From NCBI GenBank assembly GCA_964511175.1, contig CAZEEI010000002.1, positions 66,063 to 130,062 on the forward strand: a stretch of 64,000 bases of DNA. Direction: 5' to 3'. The stretch is from an uncultured Pseudomonadales bacterium. GTDB lineage: Bacteria; Patescibacteriota; Microgenomatia; UBA1400; UBA1396. A program made the position numbers and the translations under genes. The notes beneath the pieces were generated by a model, which saw only the letters and a list, made by a program, of their open reading frames with translations, was not told where the DNA came from and made no database searches. Below, one piece after another: positions 48,616 to 58,015 of this stretch; the stretch's first letter is position 1, and each line of letters starts with the position of its first letter.

Positions 48616-50300
48616 TGAAAAAGATAATTAAAATCAACTGGTCAGTGGTTTGGGTTTGGCTATTGGCGTTGCTGTTGGCGGTAGTCTTAACGAAAGTTTA
48701 CTGGGGAAACGCTTTTCCCTACACGCACGATGGAGCCAATCATTTAGCGCGTTTCGTTAATTATGCCGCCGCTTTGCGGGAAGGCCAGTTTCCGCCGCGT
48801 TTTGCTCCTTATATCTATTCCGGCTATGGTTTTCCCATCTTTAATTATAACTACCCGCTGGCCAACATTTTGGCTTTACCTTGGTTAGCGATCGGTTTTC
48901 ATACGGAGCGCGTGTTTGCGATTCTCATTACCAGTAGTTTAACCGTCGGCATTGTGGCTGTGTTTTATTCCCTGCGTCACTATTTTAAGCGCAGCGCTAG
49001 CGTAATTGGCACGCTGACTTACGCCTTGTCTTGGTACTTAAATATCGGTTTAGTTTACCGGGGCGGAATTGGGGAAGTTATCGCCTACGCCCTAACGCCG
49101 ATAGTTTTTTGGTGTTTGTACCGTTGGCAGAAAAAACCACAACTTTACGCCTGGTTTTTGGCTACTTTTAGTTTGGCCGTTTTACTTTTGGCTCATAATG
49201 TTATGTCCTTGTTTAGTTTCGGTTTACTGGGTTTATTTAGTTTGAATTGGCTAATTGACCACCGCCTTACTTGGCGATCTTGGCTCTTATTGTGGCTGGT
49301 ACCGGTTGGCTTGACGCTCTGGTTTTGGTTGCCGGCCTTAGCCGAAATGAATCTTGTCGCTCTAGCGGGTGATGCTTTGCAAACCGAAACCAGCCAACAC
49401 GTGGTGCCACTGTCCCAACTGCTTTTTTCACCTTGGCGATTCGGTTTTTCGCGCACGGGGTCACTCAAATCATTGGGTTTTGGTCAGGGATCGCTGTTTA
49501 TTACGGTGGCGTTTTGGGCAATTGTCGGGCTAATTCAAGAGAGTTGGGAGTGGTCTTGGCGTAGGGCAACCTGGCCGTCGGCGCAGGGTCGTTTACGCTG
49601 GATACTGGCAGTGGTGTTGGCGGGCAGTTTTTGGCTCGCCAGTGATTGGTCGCAAATTGTTTGGCAGACGGTGAGCCCACTGGCCGTTTTGCAGTTTCCG
49701 TGGCGCTGCTTATTTATCACGAGCTTATTATTAGCTCCGACCGCCGCTTGGGTTTACCAGCGCTATACTTCAGGTTGGATTAAACTTGGCTTATTGGTTG
49801 CCGTGGTTTGGCAGATGCGGTGGGTGATTAACTTAAAGCCGGTTGATTATTTCCATTATGATCAGCAGTATTATCTCCAATTTCCCCATAGTACGACCGC
49901 CCGCAATGAGAACCGACCACTGACTTTTTCGCCAGATGCCATAGTTTCCTGGCAACCTCAACCAACTGTTGCCACCGGTGCCGCCACAACTAATGTTTTG
50001 GTTTGGCTTGGTTCCCGGCGTGAGTATACGGTTCAGGTAACCACTGACGCTATTCTCACCGAACCAACGGTTTATTTTCCTGGCTGGCAAGTTAAAGCCG
50101 ATGACCAGTTGCTCACGCCGGAATTAACACCTCAATTGGGTGGTCTGGTAGCGTATCGTTTGCCAGCTCGCCGCGAACCTTACCTAATTACTTCCGGTTT
50201 TACCGGCCGTACGATGGCGCGCCAGTGGGGGGAAATTATTTCCGTTCTGACAGCGGTTAGTTTACTAGTAGCACTAGTTTGGCGGGGGAGGCGACGGTGA
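48612..50300 (+). CDS. polytopic membrane protein, GT-C-like putative glycosyltransferase
   Basis: More than 12 TM helices. A conserved-looking first loop (THDGANHLARF...GQFPPRFAPYIYSGYGFPIFNYNYPL) is reminiscent of GT-C/YfhO-type enzymes. The ATG overlaps the upstream stop. Confidence 0.4.
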   Translation: MMKKIIKINWSVVWVWLLALLLAVVLTKVYWGNAFPYTHDGANHLARFVNYAAALREGQFPPRFAPYIYSGYGFPIFNYNYPLANILALPWLAIGFHTERVFAILITSSLTVGIVAVFYSLRHYFKRSASVIGTLTYALSWYLNIGLVYRGGIGEVIAYALTPIVFWCLYRWQKKPQLYAWFLATFSLAVLLLAHNVMSLFSFGLLGLFSLNWLIDHRLTWRSWLLLWLVPVGLTLWFWLPALAEMNLVALAGDALQTETSQHVVPLSQLLFSPWRFGFSRTGSLKSLGFGQGSLFITVAFWAIVGLIQESWEWSWRRATWPSAQGRLRWILAVVLAGSFWLASDWSQIVWQTVSPLAVLQFPWRCLFITSLLLAPTAAWVYQRYTSGWIKLGLLVAVVWQMRWVINLKPVDYFHYDQQYYLQFPHSTTARNENRPLTFSPDAIVSWQPQPTVATGAATTNVLVWLGSRREYTVQVTTDAILTEPTVYFPGWQVKADDQLLTPELTPQLGGLVAYRLPARREPYLITSGFTGRTMARQWGEIISVLTAVSLLVALVWRGRRR

Positions 50301-51694
50301 GCAAATGGTCCCAAATTTGGTCGCGGCAGTTAATTATTCCGGTTGTCTTGGTGTTACTTGGTATCTTTTTGCGCAGTTGGCAATATTGGTCTTTACCCGT
50401 GATTGGCGAGACCCAAGATGAAGCAGCCTGGACGATGCTTGGCGCCAGCTTGCTACAAACTGGCCAGCCAGCTAGTTGGTCTTTTTTTGCGGGTTACCAG
50501 ACTTACGCCGTACTAGAAAGTGATGGCGCCAAGTTTCGGGTAGTTCGTCCGGTTTTGGATCACCCGCCGTTATTTAGTTTACTGCCAGGTGCCGTCCAAA
50601 CCATCATGGGCCATCCTTGGTTAAGTATCCCGTCAATCAAATTGGCGCGTTTCCCCCTCATCGTACTTGGTGCGCTGAATTTGATTCTTTTCGCCGTTTG
50701 GCTTTATCGTTTACCAACCAAAATGATTGGTAATTTTGGTCGAGCGGCGGCCCTCCTGGTTTGGGCGACTGCCCCCAGTTTTGTTCTGCTTTCCCGTTTA
50801 GTAGTGAGTGAAAACTTAATCGTTACTGGAACGCTAGGTTTATTATTAGCCACCACAATTAAATCAGCCCGCGGTCGGTGGCTACAGTGGGTAATTTTGC
50901 TTTTACTACCGCTGACCAAAATATCTGGTCTGGCGCTAGCCGCTGGCGAAGTAGTAGCCAATTGGTTAATCCAGCCTACTCGCCGTTGGTCGGTAATAAT
51001 CGTTGCCGCCGCTGGTTTGGGTTTACTATTACTTTACGCAGGGCTAATCGACTTTAATCTATTTTGGCAAATTCAGGTACAACAAGCCCAACGCGATACC
51101 GGTTTATTAACCCTGTTTAGTTCCCAGCTCTGGCAGCCGACCCTAGTCCAAAAGCAGTTCGCCGATGTTTGGATTACGCTGGGTTATCTAGCCACCTTTG
51201 GTTGGCTGTTATTGAGCGCCAAAGAAGATAAACACGAAAGGCAATTGGCAATCCTTTTTATAGCACAATTGTCGTTTATGGTTCTCAGCGTTGGTGAGTT
51301 AACAGTACATGGTTGGTACCGGATTGTTTTATTGCCGTTTTTTGCTTACAGTCTAGGTTGGCTGGCCGAACGAGTTAACCGGGAACAAAACTGGTTAGGT
51401 TTAGCACTGGCTTGGTTATTAATGATGCCGGTAGTACGCTTGGGTTGGCTATCTTGGGACAATCAGTCCTTATTTGCCCATCAAGCTGTAGCGGGCAAAG
51501 TGATATTACTTTTAGCGGGCGTTAGCTTAGCGGGGATGACCTTCCCCCTGATTTGGCGTCGTCGTCTTTGGCAGGGATTGGGTTTGGTCTTGGTGCTGGC
51601 GGTTCTTTCTAGTAACATACTGACGATACTCTGTTTGCGCGATACTACCCTGTGGCAAGACGCGCTATATTTGGAGCAAGGTATTCGACCTTAA
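50297..51694 (+). CDS. GT-C fold membrane glycosyltransferase (PMT_2/ArnT-like)
   Basis: A multi-TM protein with a first-loop acidic motif (GETQDEAAWTM). A GTG start overlapping the upstream TGA is proposed. The ORF track gives a TTG at 50279. Confidence 0.45.
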   Translation: MSKWSQIWSRQLIIPVVLVLLGIFLRSWQYWSLPVIGETQDEAAWTMLGASLLQTGQPASWSFFAGYQTYAVLESDGAKFRVVRPVLDHPPLFSLLPGAVQTIMGHPWLSIPSIKLARFPLIVLGALNLILFAVWLYRLPTKMIGNFGRAAALLVWATAPSFVLLSRLVVSENLIVTGTLGLLLATTIKSARGRWLQWVILLLLPLTKISGLALAAGEVVANWLIQPTRRWSVIIVAAAGLGLLLLYAGLIDFNLFWQIQVQQAQRDTGLLTLFSSQLWQPTLVQKQFADVWITLGYLATFGWLLLSAKEDKHERQLAILFIAQLSFMVLSVGELTVHGWYRIVLLPFFAYSLGWLAERVNREQNWLGLALAWLLMMPVVRLGWLSWDNQSLFAHQAVAGKVILLLAGVSLAGMTFPLIWRRRLWQGLGLVLVLAVLSSNILTILCLRDTTLWQDALYLEQGIRP

Positions 51695-51709
51695 GAAGGG
51701 GGAGAGTTT

Positions 51710-52636
51710 ATGGCTAGGATTATAGTTACCGGTGGTGCCGGTTTTATTGCTTCGCACGTAGCCGATGCTTACGTGGCGGCTGGACACACCGTGTTTATTT
51801 TAGATAATCTTTCGACCGGTAAAAAGGAATACGTTAATCCCCAAGCTCAGTTTTACCAAGTCGATATTACCGACCGCGAACAGGTTACCCAGGTTTTGCG
51901 GGAAATTAGGCCGGAAGTAATTAACCACCATGCCGCCCACATCCAAGTCGGTCATTCGGTGGAAGATCCCCATTTTGATGCCCAGGCTAATATTTTGGGT
52001 GTACTCAACATTATGGAAGCAGTGAAAGATTTGGGAACAGTGCAGCGGGTTATTATGGCTTCCACCGGTGGTGCCATGTATGGCCACCAGAGCGTGCCTT
52101 TTAACGAAACGATGTTGCCGCAGCCGCTGGCTCCTTACGGTATTTCCAAGCGGGCGGGCGAAATGTACCTTTATTTCTACCAGGAGCAGTACGGTATTCC
52201 CTACGTGGTGCTGCGTTACTCCAACGTCTACGGACCGCGGCAGAATCCCCACGGTGAATCAGGAGTGATTGCTATTTTCTTGGATCGTCTCCTGCGCGGT
52301 GAGCAGCCGATTATTTTGGGCGATGGCAGCCATACTCGTGATTATGTTTTTATTGAAGATGTCGTGCAGGCCAACGTTTTAGCTTTAAGTACCGATCAAA
52401 CTGGTGAATTTAACATTGGTACTAATACCGAAACTAGTACGAACGAAGTTTTCCACAAAGTGATTGCCGCTATGCAGGCTAATGTACCGGAGCAGCATGG
52501 GGAGCCGCGTCCGGGAGAACAAGTACGTAGTGTTTTGGATTATACTAAGGCCCAACGTGAGCTGGGCTGGTCGCCCACCGTGAGTTTTGACGACGGCGTG
52601 GCCAGGACAGTGCAGTACTTTTTAGCGCAAAAATGA
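51710..52636 (+). CDS. NAD-dependent sugar-nucleotide epimerase/dehydratase (GalE-like)
   Basis: TGGAGFIASH NAD loop and catalytic YxxxK (YGISKRAGE). Confidence 0.75.
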   Translation: MARIIVTGGAGFIASHVADAYVAAGHTVFILDNLSTGKKEYVNPQAQFYQVDITDREQVTQVLREIRPEVINHHAAHIQVGHSVEDPHFDAQANILGVLNIMEAVKDLGTVQRVIMASTGGAMYGHQSVPFNETMLPQPLAPYGISKRAGEMYLYFYQEQYGIPYVVLRYSNVYGPRQNPHGESGVIAIFLDRLLRGEQPIILGDGSHTRDYVFIEDVVQANVLALSTDQTGEFNIGTNTETSTNEVFHKVIAAMQANVPEQHGEPRPGEQVRSVLDYTKAQRELGWSPTVSFDDGVARTVQYFLAQK

Positions 52637-53313
52637 ACGGTTCGATTGCCGTCATCATCCCTGCCTACAACGAAGCCGCCACTTTAGGGGCGGTGTTGCA
52701 GGTAGTGCGGTCGCTGGTTTGGCCCGTGATAGTGGTGGATGATGGTTCAACCGATAACACTTACCAGATCGCTCAACAGGCGGGTGTCCACCTTTTGGCC
52801 CACCGCTCCAATTTAGGTAAAGGGGCGGCTATGACCACTGGCGCCGAATATGCTTTTCAACACCTAGGTGCGGCGGCAATCATCTTTTTGGACGGTGACG
52901 GCCAGCATGATCCGCAAGAGTTGCCGCGTTTTGTCGAACTACTGGAAAATGGGGAGCCGGTGGTTTTGGGGGTCCGTCAATTAGGTGGTGCCATGCCGCG
53001 GAGTCGTATTTTGGGTAATTATCTAATTTCGCTGGTTAATTGTTGGTTGTTCGGTGTTCATATTCCCGATATTCCCAGTGGCTATAAAGCTTTTTCACGG
53101 GAAGCCTACCAACAGCTGGATTGGGAGGCCAGTGGGTATCAAGTGGAGATGGAAATTGCCGCCCGCCTAGCAGTTTCAGGCTTATCTTTTGGTGTAGTAC
53201 CGATCAAAACACTTTACTTTGATCTACAGCGTGGTATGAATTTTCTTGATTCCTGGCAAGCCATAATGCACCTGCTGATTTTGCGTTTGCGCCTGCGTAT
53301 ACTAAGAGGGTGA
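52633..53313 (+). CDS. GT2-family polyprenyl-phosphate glycosyltransferase (Dpm1/GtrB-like)
   Basis: VIIPAYNEA...VVDDGSTDNT...DGDGQHD, typical of Dpm1/GtrB-type enzymes that make lipid-linked monosaccharide donors. The gene is short, at 226 aa. Confidence 0.65.
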   Translation: MNGSIAVIIPAYNEAATLGAVLQVVRSLVWPVIVVDDGSTDNTYQIAQQAGVHLLAHRSNLGKGAAMTTGAEYAFQHLGAAAIIFLDGDGQHDPQELPRFVELLENGEPVVLGVRQLGGAMPRSRILGNYLISLVNCWLFGVHIPDIPSGYKAFSREAYQQLDWEASGYQVEMEIAARLAVSGLSFGVVPIKTLYFDLQRGMNFLDSWQAIMHLLILRLRLRILRG

Positions 53314-54491
53314 AAGTGTGGTCCAAAGTACTTGGCTGGATAGTTATTTGGCGGGTGGTTTTGCTGATGGTGGCGGGGTTGGCGGCTCGGTATGTGCCAC
53401 TAGTGGTTGATTTTACTCCTTCTTGGACTGTGTTTGGCATGTACGAACCTTATTGGGCCTGGATTTGGGGCAACTTTGATGGGGTGGTTTTCATGTTAAT
53501 CGCCCAGTCCGGTTACTCAGCCGAGCAGTTGCCGTTTTTTCCACTGCTGCCCCTCCTGATTGCCGCTACTCACTACTTGTTGGCTTTGCCGCACTTATAC
53601 GCCGGCATACTGGTTTCTGCCATGGTTTTTTTGGTGGCCCAGTATTACTTGTGGCAATTGTTAAAGCTGGATAAAAAAACGAACCTATACTGGTTGTTGT
53701 TAGCCGTCATGTTATTTTTCCCTACCTCACTTTTTTATACGGCAATTTATGCCGACGCCCTCTTTTTGGCTTTAGCTAGTGCCACGCTATACTACGCGCG
53801 ACGGCAACAGTGGGGGTGGGCGTCGGTAGTGGGAATGCTGGCCGCGCTGGCACGCTTGAACGGTTTGGCGCTAATTGCGGTAGTTGGTATGGAGTATCTC
53901 TTGACACAGTCGCCGCAGCTGGCTAAACACTGGGATTGGCGTTTACTTGGTCAAACGACGGTAAAGGCTTTACAGCCGCGTCGACTTTGGCGCAGCGGCA
54001 TCTTATGGTGTTTACTGATTCCAGCCGCCTTGGTTGGTTACTTAATTTATATCCAGTTGTCTTTTGGCGACTGGCACCTTTTCTTCACCGGGGTGACGGT
54101 TTGGCACCGGGATCACTTAGTTTTCCCACTACAGACTTTTTGGCGTTACTTTAAGATACTGGTACTTTACCCGCGTTGGTCGTTTACCTACGCGGTGGCC
54201 GCGCTAGAGGCCGGTTTTACCGGCTTATATCTGTCGGCAATGGCTTGGTCGTGGGGTAAGATTCGGTTGAGTTATTGGTTAATGATTTTCTGTCATTTAC
54301 TAATTCCGGTGGTAACCGGCACCCTGCAAGGTATGCCGCGTTACGGCCTACACCTCTATCCCTTGTTTCTCATTTACGCTCTATGGCTACACTCCAAGCC
54401 GCGGTGGGTGAAAATTGGTTGGTTGGCTCTATCGGCTTTAATTTCGATCTTTTATCTAGCCGGTTATACACGCGGTTATTTTGTGGCGTAA
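53310..54491 (+). CDS. polytopic membrane protein, Mannosyl_trans2 (PIG-V-like, GT76-type) candidate
   Basis: More than 9 TM helices. The first loop WGNFDGVVFMLIAQSGY resembles the WD..HYL.IA..GY signature of PIG-V-type mannosyltransferases. Confidence 0.4.
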   Translation: MKVWSKVLGWIVIWRVVLLMVAGLAARYVPLVVDFTPSWTVFGMYEPYWAWIWGNFDGVVFMLIAQSGYSAEQLPFFPLLPLLIAATHYLLALPHLYAGILVSAMVFLVAQYYLWQLLKLDKKTNLYWLLLAVMLFFPTSLFYTAIYADALFLALASATLYYARRQQWGWASVVGMLAALARLNGLALIAVVGMEYLLTQSPQLAKHWDWRLLGQTTVKALQPRRLWRSGILWCLLIPAALVGYLIYIQLSFGDWHLFFTGVTVWHRDHLVFPLQTFWRYFKILVLYPRWSFTYAVAALEAGFTGLYLSAMAWSWGKIRLSYWLMIFCHLLIPVVTGTLQGMPRYGLHLYPLFLIYALWLHSKPRWVKIGWLALSALISIFYLAGYTRGYFVA

Positions 54492-54493
54492 GT

Positions 54494-55075
54494 TTAAGGT
54501 CGAAAAAGTTTCCGTAACTTAGTTAATTCGGTTTTATTTTTGCTGAGCCGCAAAATCTGTAATGCTATGTCCCAGTCGCGGAAATTTTCTTGAGTTGTTA
54601 AGTCGACAAATTGGTCAAAGGTAAACTCCAGGAGCTTAATTTTTTCACCCACATCAAGTGATGGTGGTTGTATCTGCCGACAGCCTTTGGCGATAAAGTT
54701 ATAAATAGCCCAGTCGATTTTTTCCAGTGGCTGTTCGGCTTGCCAGAGAATCCAGTGGTCGGCAACCATCCCGGCTTCTTCCAAGAGTTCGCGCTGGGCA
54801 GCGGCCAAGGGAGTTTCCTGGGGATCCAGGCGTCCGCCCAAAGTGCCAATGAATGGTTCAACACCCGGCTGGCTTTGTTCGGATAAAATTAGCCGACCAT
54901 CATCGGTGATGGGAATGACACCAACCGTATCGGTACGTCTTACCTTTTCAAAGATGGCCTTACTGCCGTCGAACATAGTTTGTTCCCACTGGTAGATGGT
55001 AAAGACCTGGCCGCTAAACACTTTTTTAGCGTGATTCGGGATAGGTTGACGGGAAAGAGGGCGTTTAAGATCCAT
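54494..55075 (-). CDS. NUDIX hydrolase
   Basis: Nudix box GGRLDPQETPLAAAQRELLEEAGM. Confidence 0.65.
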   Translation of the reverse strand: MDLKRPLSRQPIPNHAKKVFSGQVFTIYQWEQTMFDGSKAIFEKVRRTDTVGVIPITDDGRLILSEQSQPGVEPFIGTLGGRLDPQETPLAAAQRELLEEAGMVADHWILWQAEQPLEKIDWAIYNFIAKGCRQIQPPSLDVGEKIKLLEFTFDQFVDLTTQENFRDWDIALQILRLSKNKTELTKLRKLFRP

Positions 55076-55089
55076 AGTGTTTATTTTTT

Positions 55090-55581
55090 TTAAATCTTTT
55101 TATAAAGTGAGTACTGCCGGGTAACGAATCCGGTTTTTTGGTAAAAATCTAAACCCTGACGATTAAAAGACGAACACTGCAAGCTAATATAATTCAAGCC
55201 CAGATTGCGCAAGAAAGTTTCCACCTCAGTCATTAGTTTTTGGCCGACACCCCTGCGGCGATAATTAGGGCTGACGTATAGCTCAATAACCTCGCCGTAT
55301 TTAGTAATATTGGTGTCAAAATAATGGTCGGTGACTTTTTTGAAAGTGACAAAGCCAATCAGTTTGCTACCGCTTTCGGCTAATAAAACGTAAGGATCAC
55401 TCTTAGTAATGGCTTTTTTGAGATACTGTGTGAACTTCCGATTCAATTGTGGGGAACTGGGCACATAGTAAACCGGATCGAGGTCGTAGTGGTAATCGCA
55501 TTGACCCTGCCAGAGAGTAAGCAAATCCGGTAAATCACTAAGGCTGGGTTTCCTAATATTGATTTTATAGTCGCGGCTCAT
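55090..55581 (-). CDS. GNAT-family N-acetyltransferase
   Basis: Acetyl-CoA motif A RRRGVGQKLM (R/Q-x-x-G-x-G/A) and GNAT-size length of 163 aa. Confidence 0.7.
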   Translation of the reverse strand: MSRDYKINIRKPSLSDLPDLLTLWQGQCDYHYDLDPVYYVPSSPQLNRKFTQYLKKAITKSDPYVLLAESGSKLIGFVTFKKVTDHYFDTNITKYGEVIELYVSPNYRRRGVGQKLMTEVETFLRNLGLNYISLQCSSFNRQGLDFYQKTGFVTRQYSLYKKI

Positions 55582-55583
55582 AG

Positions 55584-55904
55584 TTATTTGGTGAGTTTGG
55601 CCAAATATTCTCTACCCAGGAAAAGCCCGCCGATAACCATCAAGAGAACAGATAAAATCATTGATTCCCAACGAGAGAAAATCAACAGCAACAATCCCAC
55701 AGCGATAAAAACCAATCCTCCCAAGCGTTCGTATTTCCAGGCAAGAGCGGTCAACAGAGCCAAGATGAAATTGGGGATTAAGTGCATTAATAAAGCGATG
55801 GGCCATTGGGGTTGATCAAAAACATCCAGGGCGAATAAAGCGAGGAAGGCATTAAATAAGATTGCTAGGACGCGGGGGAGGTAGTAGAGAGTTTTTTTGA
55901 GCAT
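55584..55904 (-). CDS. small hypothetical membrane protein (3 TM)
   Basis: A hydrophobic 106-aa ORF with no motifs. Confidence 0.3.
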   Translation of the reverse strand: MLKKTLYYLPRVLAILFNAFLALFALDVFDQPQWPIALLMHLIPNFILALLTALAWKYERLGGLVFIAVGLLLLIFSRWESMILSVLLMVIGGLFLGREYLAKLTK

Positions 55905-55938
55905 GATTCCATTCTACCACTTGGGAAAAATTAACAAG

Positions 55939-56682
55939 TTAGGATGACTTTCTGGTTATCTTTATCCATTTTCCAGCAGGCTCCACTTTTTCTATCATTG
56001 CAAAGGCTTTAGAACCAATTTTATCAGCCATTCTTTGAAGATCATTTGGCTTGCAGCTGATATATAAAACACCACCAGGTTTCGCTAGCATAAGTTGTGC
56101 CTCAAGAGTTTCATCACTAGGTCCAAAAGCATTGACAATAACATCTCCGGTTCCATTTAGGTTCGCAAAATCATCTTTACCGATAAGACCGGTTTGCATA
56201 CTCAATTCTTCCTCTTTTCGCATCGAAGCTTCTACTAACGTCTGGATACGTTCTCTTTGTTTACCGATGTCAAAAGTATCGGTAAATCCCATTTTATTAA
56301 GCTGTGACTCAATGGATTTTAAATCTTCCAGTAACAATTCAAGGTTTACCTGATCGATAATGACTTTAGTATTAGGGGAATGCCCTCTTTCCCTTTGTTT
56401 TTGCGATATTTCTAGTGGAACTAAACTTGAACCATTGCCTAAAAATATTGTTGTTCCACGATTGTCAGTTATATCTTGTACAACCTGATCGCCAAATTCA
56501 TGACCAAACATTTCAAGAGTTCTTGCTGTGATGCCGCTACCCATACTAAAAGCATCAAGTTCATGTTGCGGTCTCAAGGATAATCCATCTAATTCGATAC
56601 CGCTTTTCATGGGGGTATTCAAAGCTATTTGTTGAAGAGCTTCAGAAATTGCGTAGATATCTTTAGGTTGTTCGTCTGACAT
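55939..56682 (-). CDS. hypothetical protein, possible SAM-MTase-like Rossmann fold
   Basis: TIFLGNGSS and DVIVNAFGP...LAKPGGVLYI resemble methyltransferase motifs I and post-III. This is weak. Confidence 0.3.
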   Translation of the reverse strand: MSDEQPKDIYAISEALQQIALNTPMKSGIELDGLSLRPQHELDAFSMGSGITARTLEMFGHEFGDQVVQDITDNRGTTIFLGNGSSLVPLEISQKQRERGHSPNTKVIIDQVNLELLLEDLKSIESQLNKMGFTDTFDIGKQRERIQTLVEASMRKEEELSMQTGLIGKDDFANLNGTGDVIVNAFGPSDETLEAQLMLAKPGGVLYISCKPNDLQRMADKIGSKAFAMIEKVEPAGKWIKITRKSS

Positions 56683-56689
56683 AAATATC

Positions 56690-56968
56690 CTATTTTGAGT
56701 TCGATTGCCGCGCTTTATTTAATAATTCCGGGATAAAGTACATAGCCAGTCCAGTTGTTGCCATAATTATCAGGGCAACCGAAAACAAAACACTCATTTC
56801 CCGATGAATATATCTAATCAACCCTAGATCAATGTTAACGATTTCTCCTAAATTAGGATATTTTAGCAACATTCCCGTACTACCCATTATCAAAGTAAGT
56901 AAAACGGTAACCAGCAGGCTCCAACGGTGGATTTTTTTCGATAATAGAAACAATTGTGATAGGGACAT
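56690..56968 (-). CDS. small 2-TM membrane protein with His residues in both helices
   Basis: A 92-aa ORF with a TM helix after KIHRW and a second after IRYIHREM. It lies directly downstream of the cyt-b5-like gene. Confidence 0.3.
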   Translation of the reverse strand: MSLSQLFLLSKKIHRWSLLVTVLLTLIMGSTGMLLKYPNLGEIVNIDLGLIRYIHREMSVLFSVALIIMATTGLAMYFIPELLNKARQSNSK

Positions 56969-56969
56969 A

Positions 56970-57356
56970 TTATTTTAAGGTTCCTAGATAGTAGTTGGTT
57001 AATAATTCGCGGGCGGTGTTGGAATGAACCCGACCTTTCTTAATGGAGTTGTAGGCTTGGGTGGCATCTTGGCCGCAAAATTGAATAATATTTGCGCCCC
57101 CGGGGTGCTGATCAATAAAGCTGGTTAGGTTATACACCTTGCCCTCAATGGCCTGCCAGCAATCTGTGGGAGAACTATGCTGCTGCAGTTCGGCTAATGA
57201 ATGGGTAGTAGCTGTACTGAGGGGTAAAGATGAGGTCTGGATACCGCTTTGGTTATTAATCGATCGGGCGTTGCCGGGATAGTGCTGCACGACCAAAATC
57301 AAAAAAACCAGGGCAAACACACATAAAACGCTGCCGATGATGATCTCTTTCTTCAT
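56970..57356 (-). CDS. membrane-anchored cytochrome b5-like heme-binding domain protein
   Basis: An N-terminal TM anchor. The C-terminal domain carries the b5 HPGG motif (FIDQHPGGANIIQFCGQDATQAY) and an upstream WxAIxGKVYN pattern. Confidence 0.55.
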   Translation of the reverse strand: MKKEIIIGSVLCVFALVFLILVVQHYPGNARSINNQSGIQTSSLPLSTATTHSLAELQQHSSPTDCWQAIEGKVYNLTSFIDQHPGGANIIQFCGQDATQAYNSIKKGRVHSNTARELLTNYYLGTLK

Positions 57357-57387
57357 ACCTACTTAAAAGTATACTATACAGAGCCGA

Positions 57388-57636
57388 ATGCGGCGCCGGG
57401 CCTGTATCCTTGTGTTATACTTGGCTGATATGAGCCGAAAAAAGGAATTATTAAGCGAAGGCGACGCAGATTCAGTTGTTTCCGAAGCGGAAATAAACAG
57501 GGAAATTCGAGAACATTTGGAAAGACATGGATGTGGGGAAACTTTTATTGCTACAGAGTATCGCCGATGGCGATTAGCGGGATATTCTCAACAACAACTC
57601 GAAGAAGATTACGATATGTGTCATATCTGGAGATGA
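57388..57636 (+). CDS. small hypothetical protein (82 aa)
   Basis: An ORF in an AT-rich segment with no motifs. Confidence 0.25.
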   Translation: MRRRACILVLYLADMSRKKELLSEGDADSVVSEAEINREIREHLERHGCGETFIATEYRRWRLAGYSQQQLEEDYDMCHIWR

Positions 57637-57667
57637 TTTTAGAAGGAGATGTTAGGCCATAGCTTTT

Positions 57668-58015
57668 TTACAGTAAGCCACCTTTAAGTAACCTGAATTC
57701 TTTTTTGCTTTCCCAAAGCTTCTGCAACTCTTCAAAATTGGCGTCTGGATCAAGCATGAGTTTTGCTAGCTCATCAATTTGCTTGGCATCTTGTTCGTTA
57801 ATTGGTTGTTGGGCATCAAATAGGCTCTTAGTCTTTGCGCTCCCATCTTGGCGAATGCGTCCAATATAATAACAAACACCAACCAATTTTTGTGATCGAG
57901 AAAGTAACTGAACAAATTTGGTGAAGTTAAGTAGAAGAAGTTTTTGGAGCTTGAGATCCTTAAGCTTGAAGTAAAAACTACTACCATCTATGAGAACAAG
58001 ACATCGTTCACTCAT
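57668..58015 (-). CDS. hypothetical protein, weak NYN/LabA-like N-terminus
   Basis: CLVLIDGSSFYF resembles the first strand and acidic residue of NYN-domain nucleases. The ORF is short for that fold. Confidence 0.25.
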   Translation of the reverse strand: MSERCLVLIDGSSFYFKLKDLKLQKLLLLNFTKFVQLLSRSQKLVGVCYYIGRIRQDGSAKTKSLFDAQQPINEQDAKQIDELAKLMLDPDANFEELQKLWESKKEFRLLKGGLL

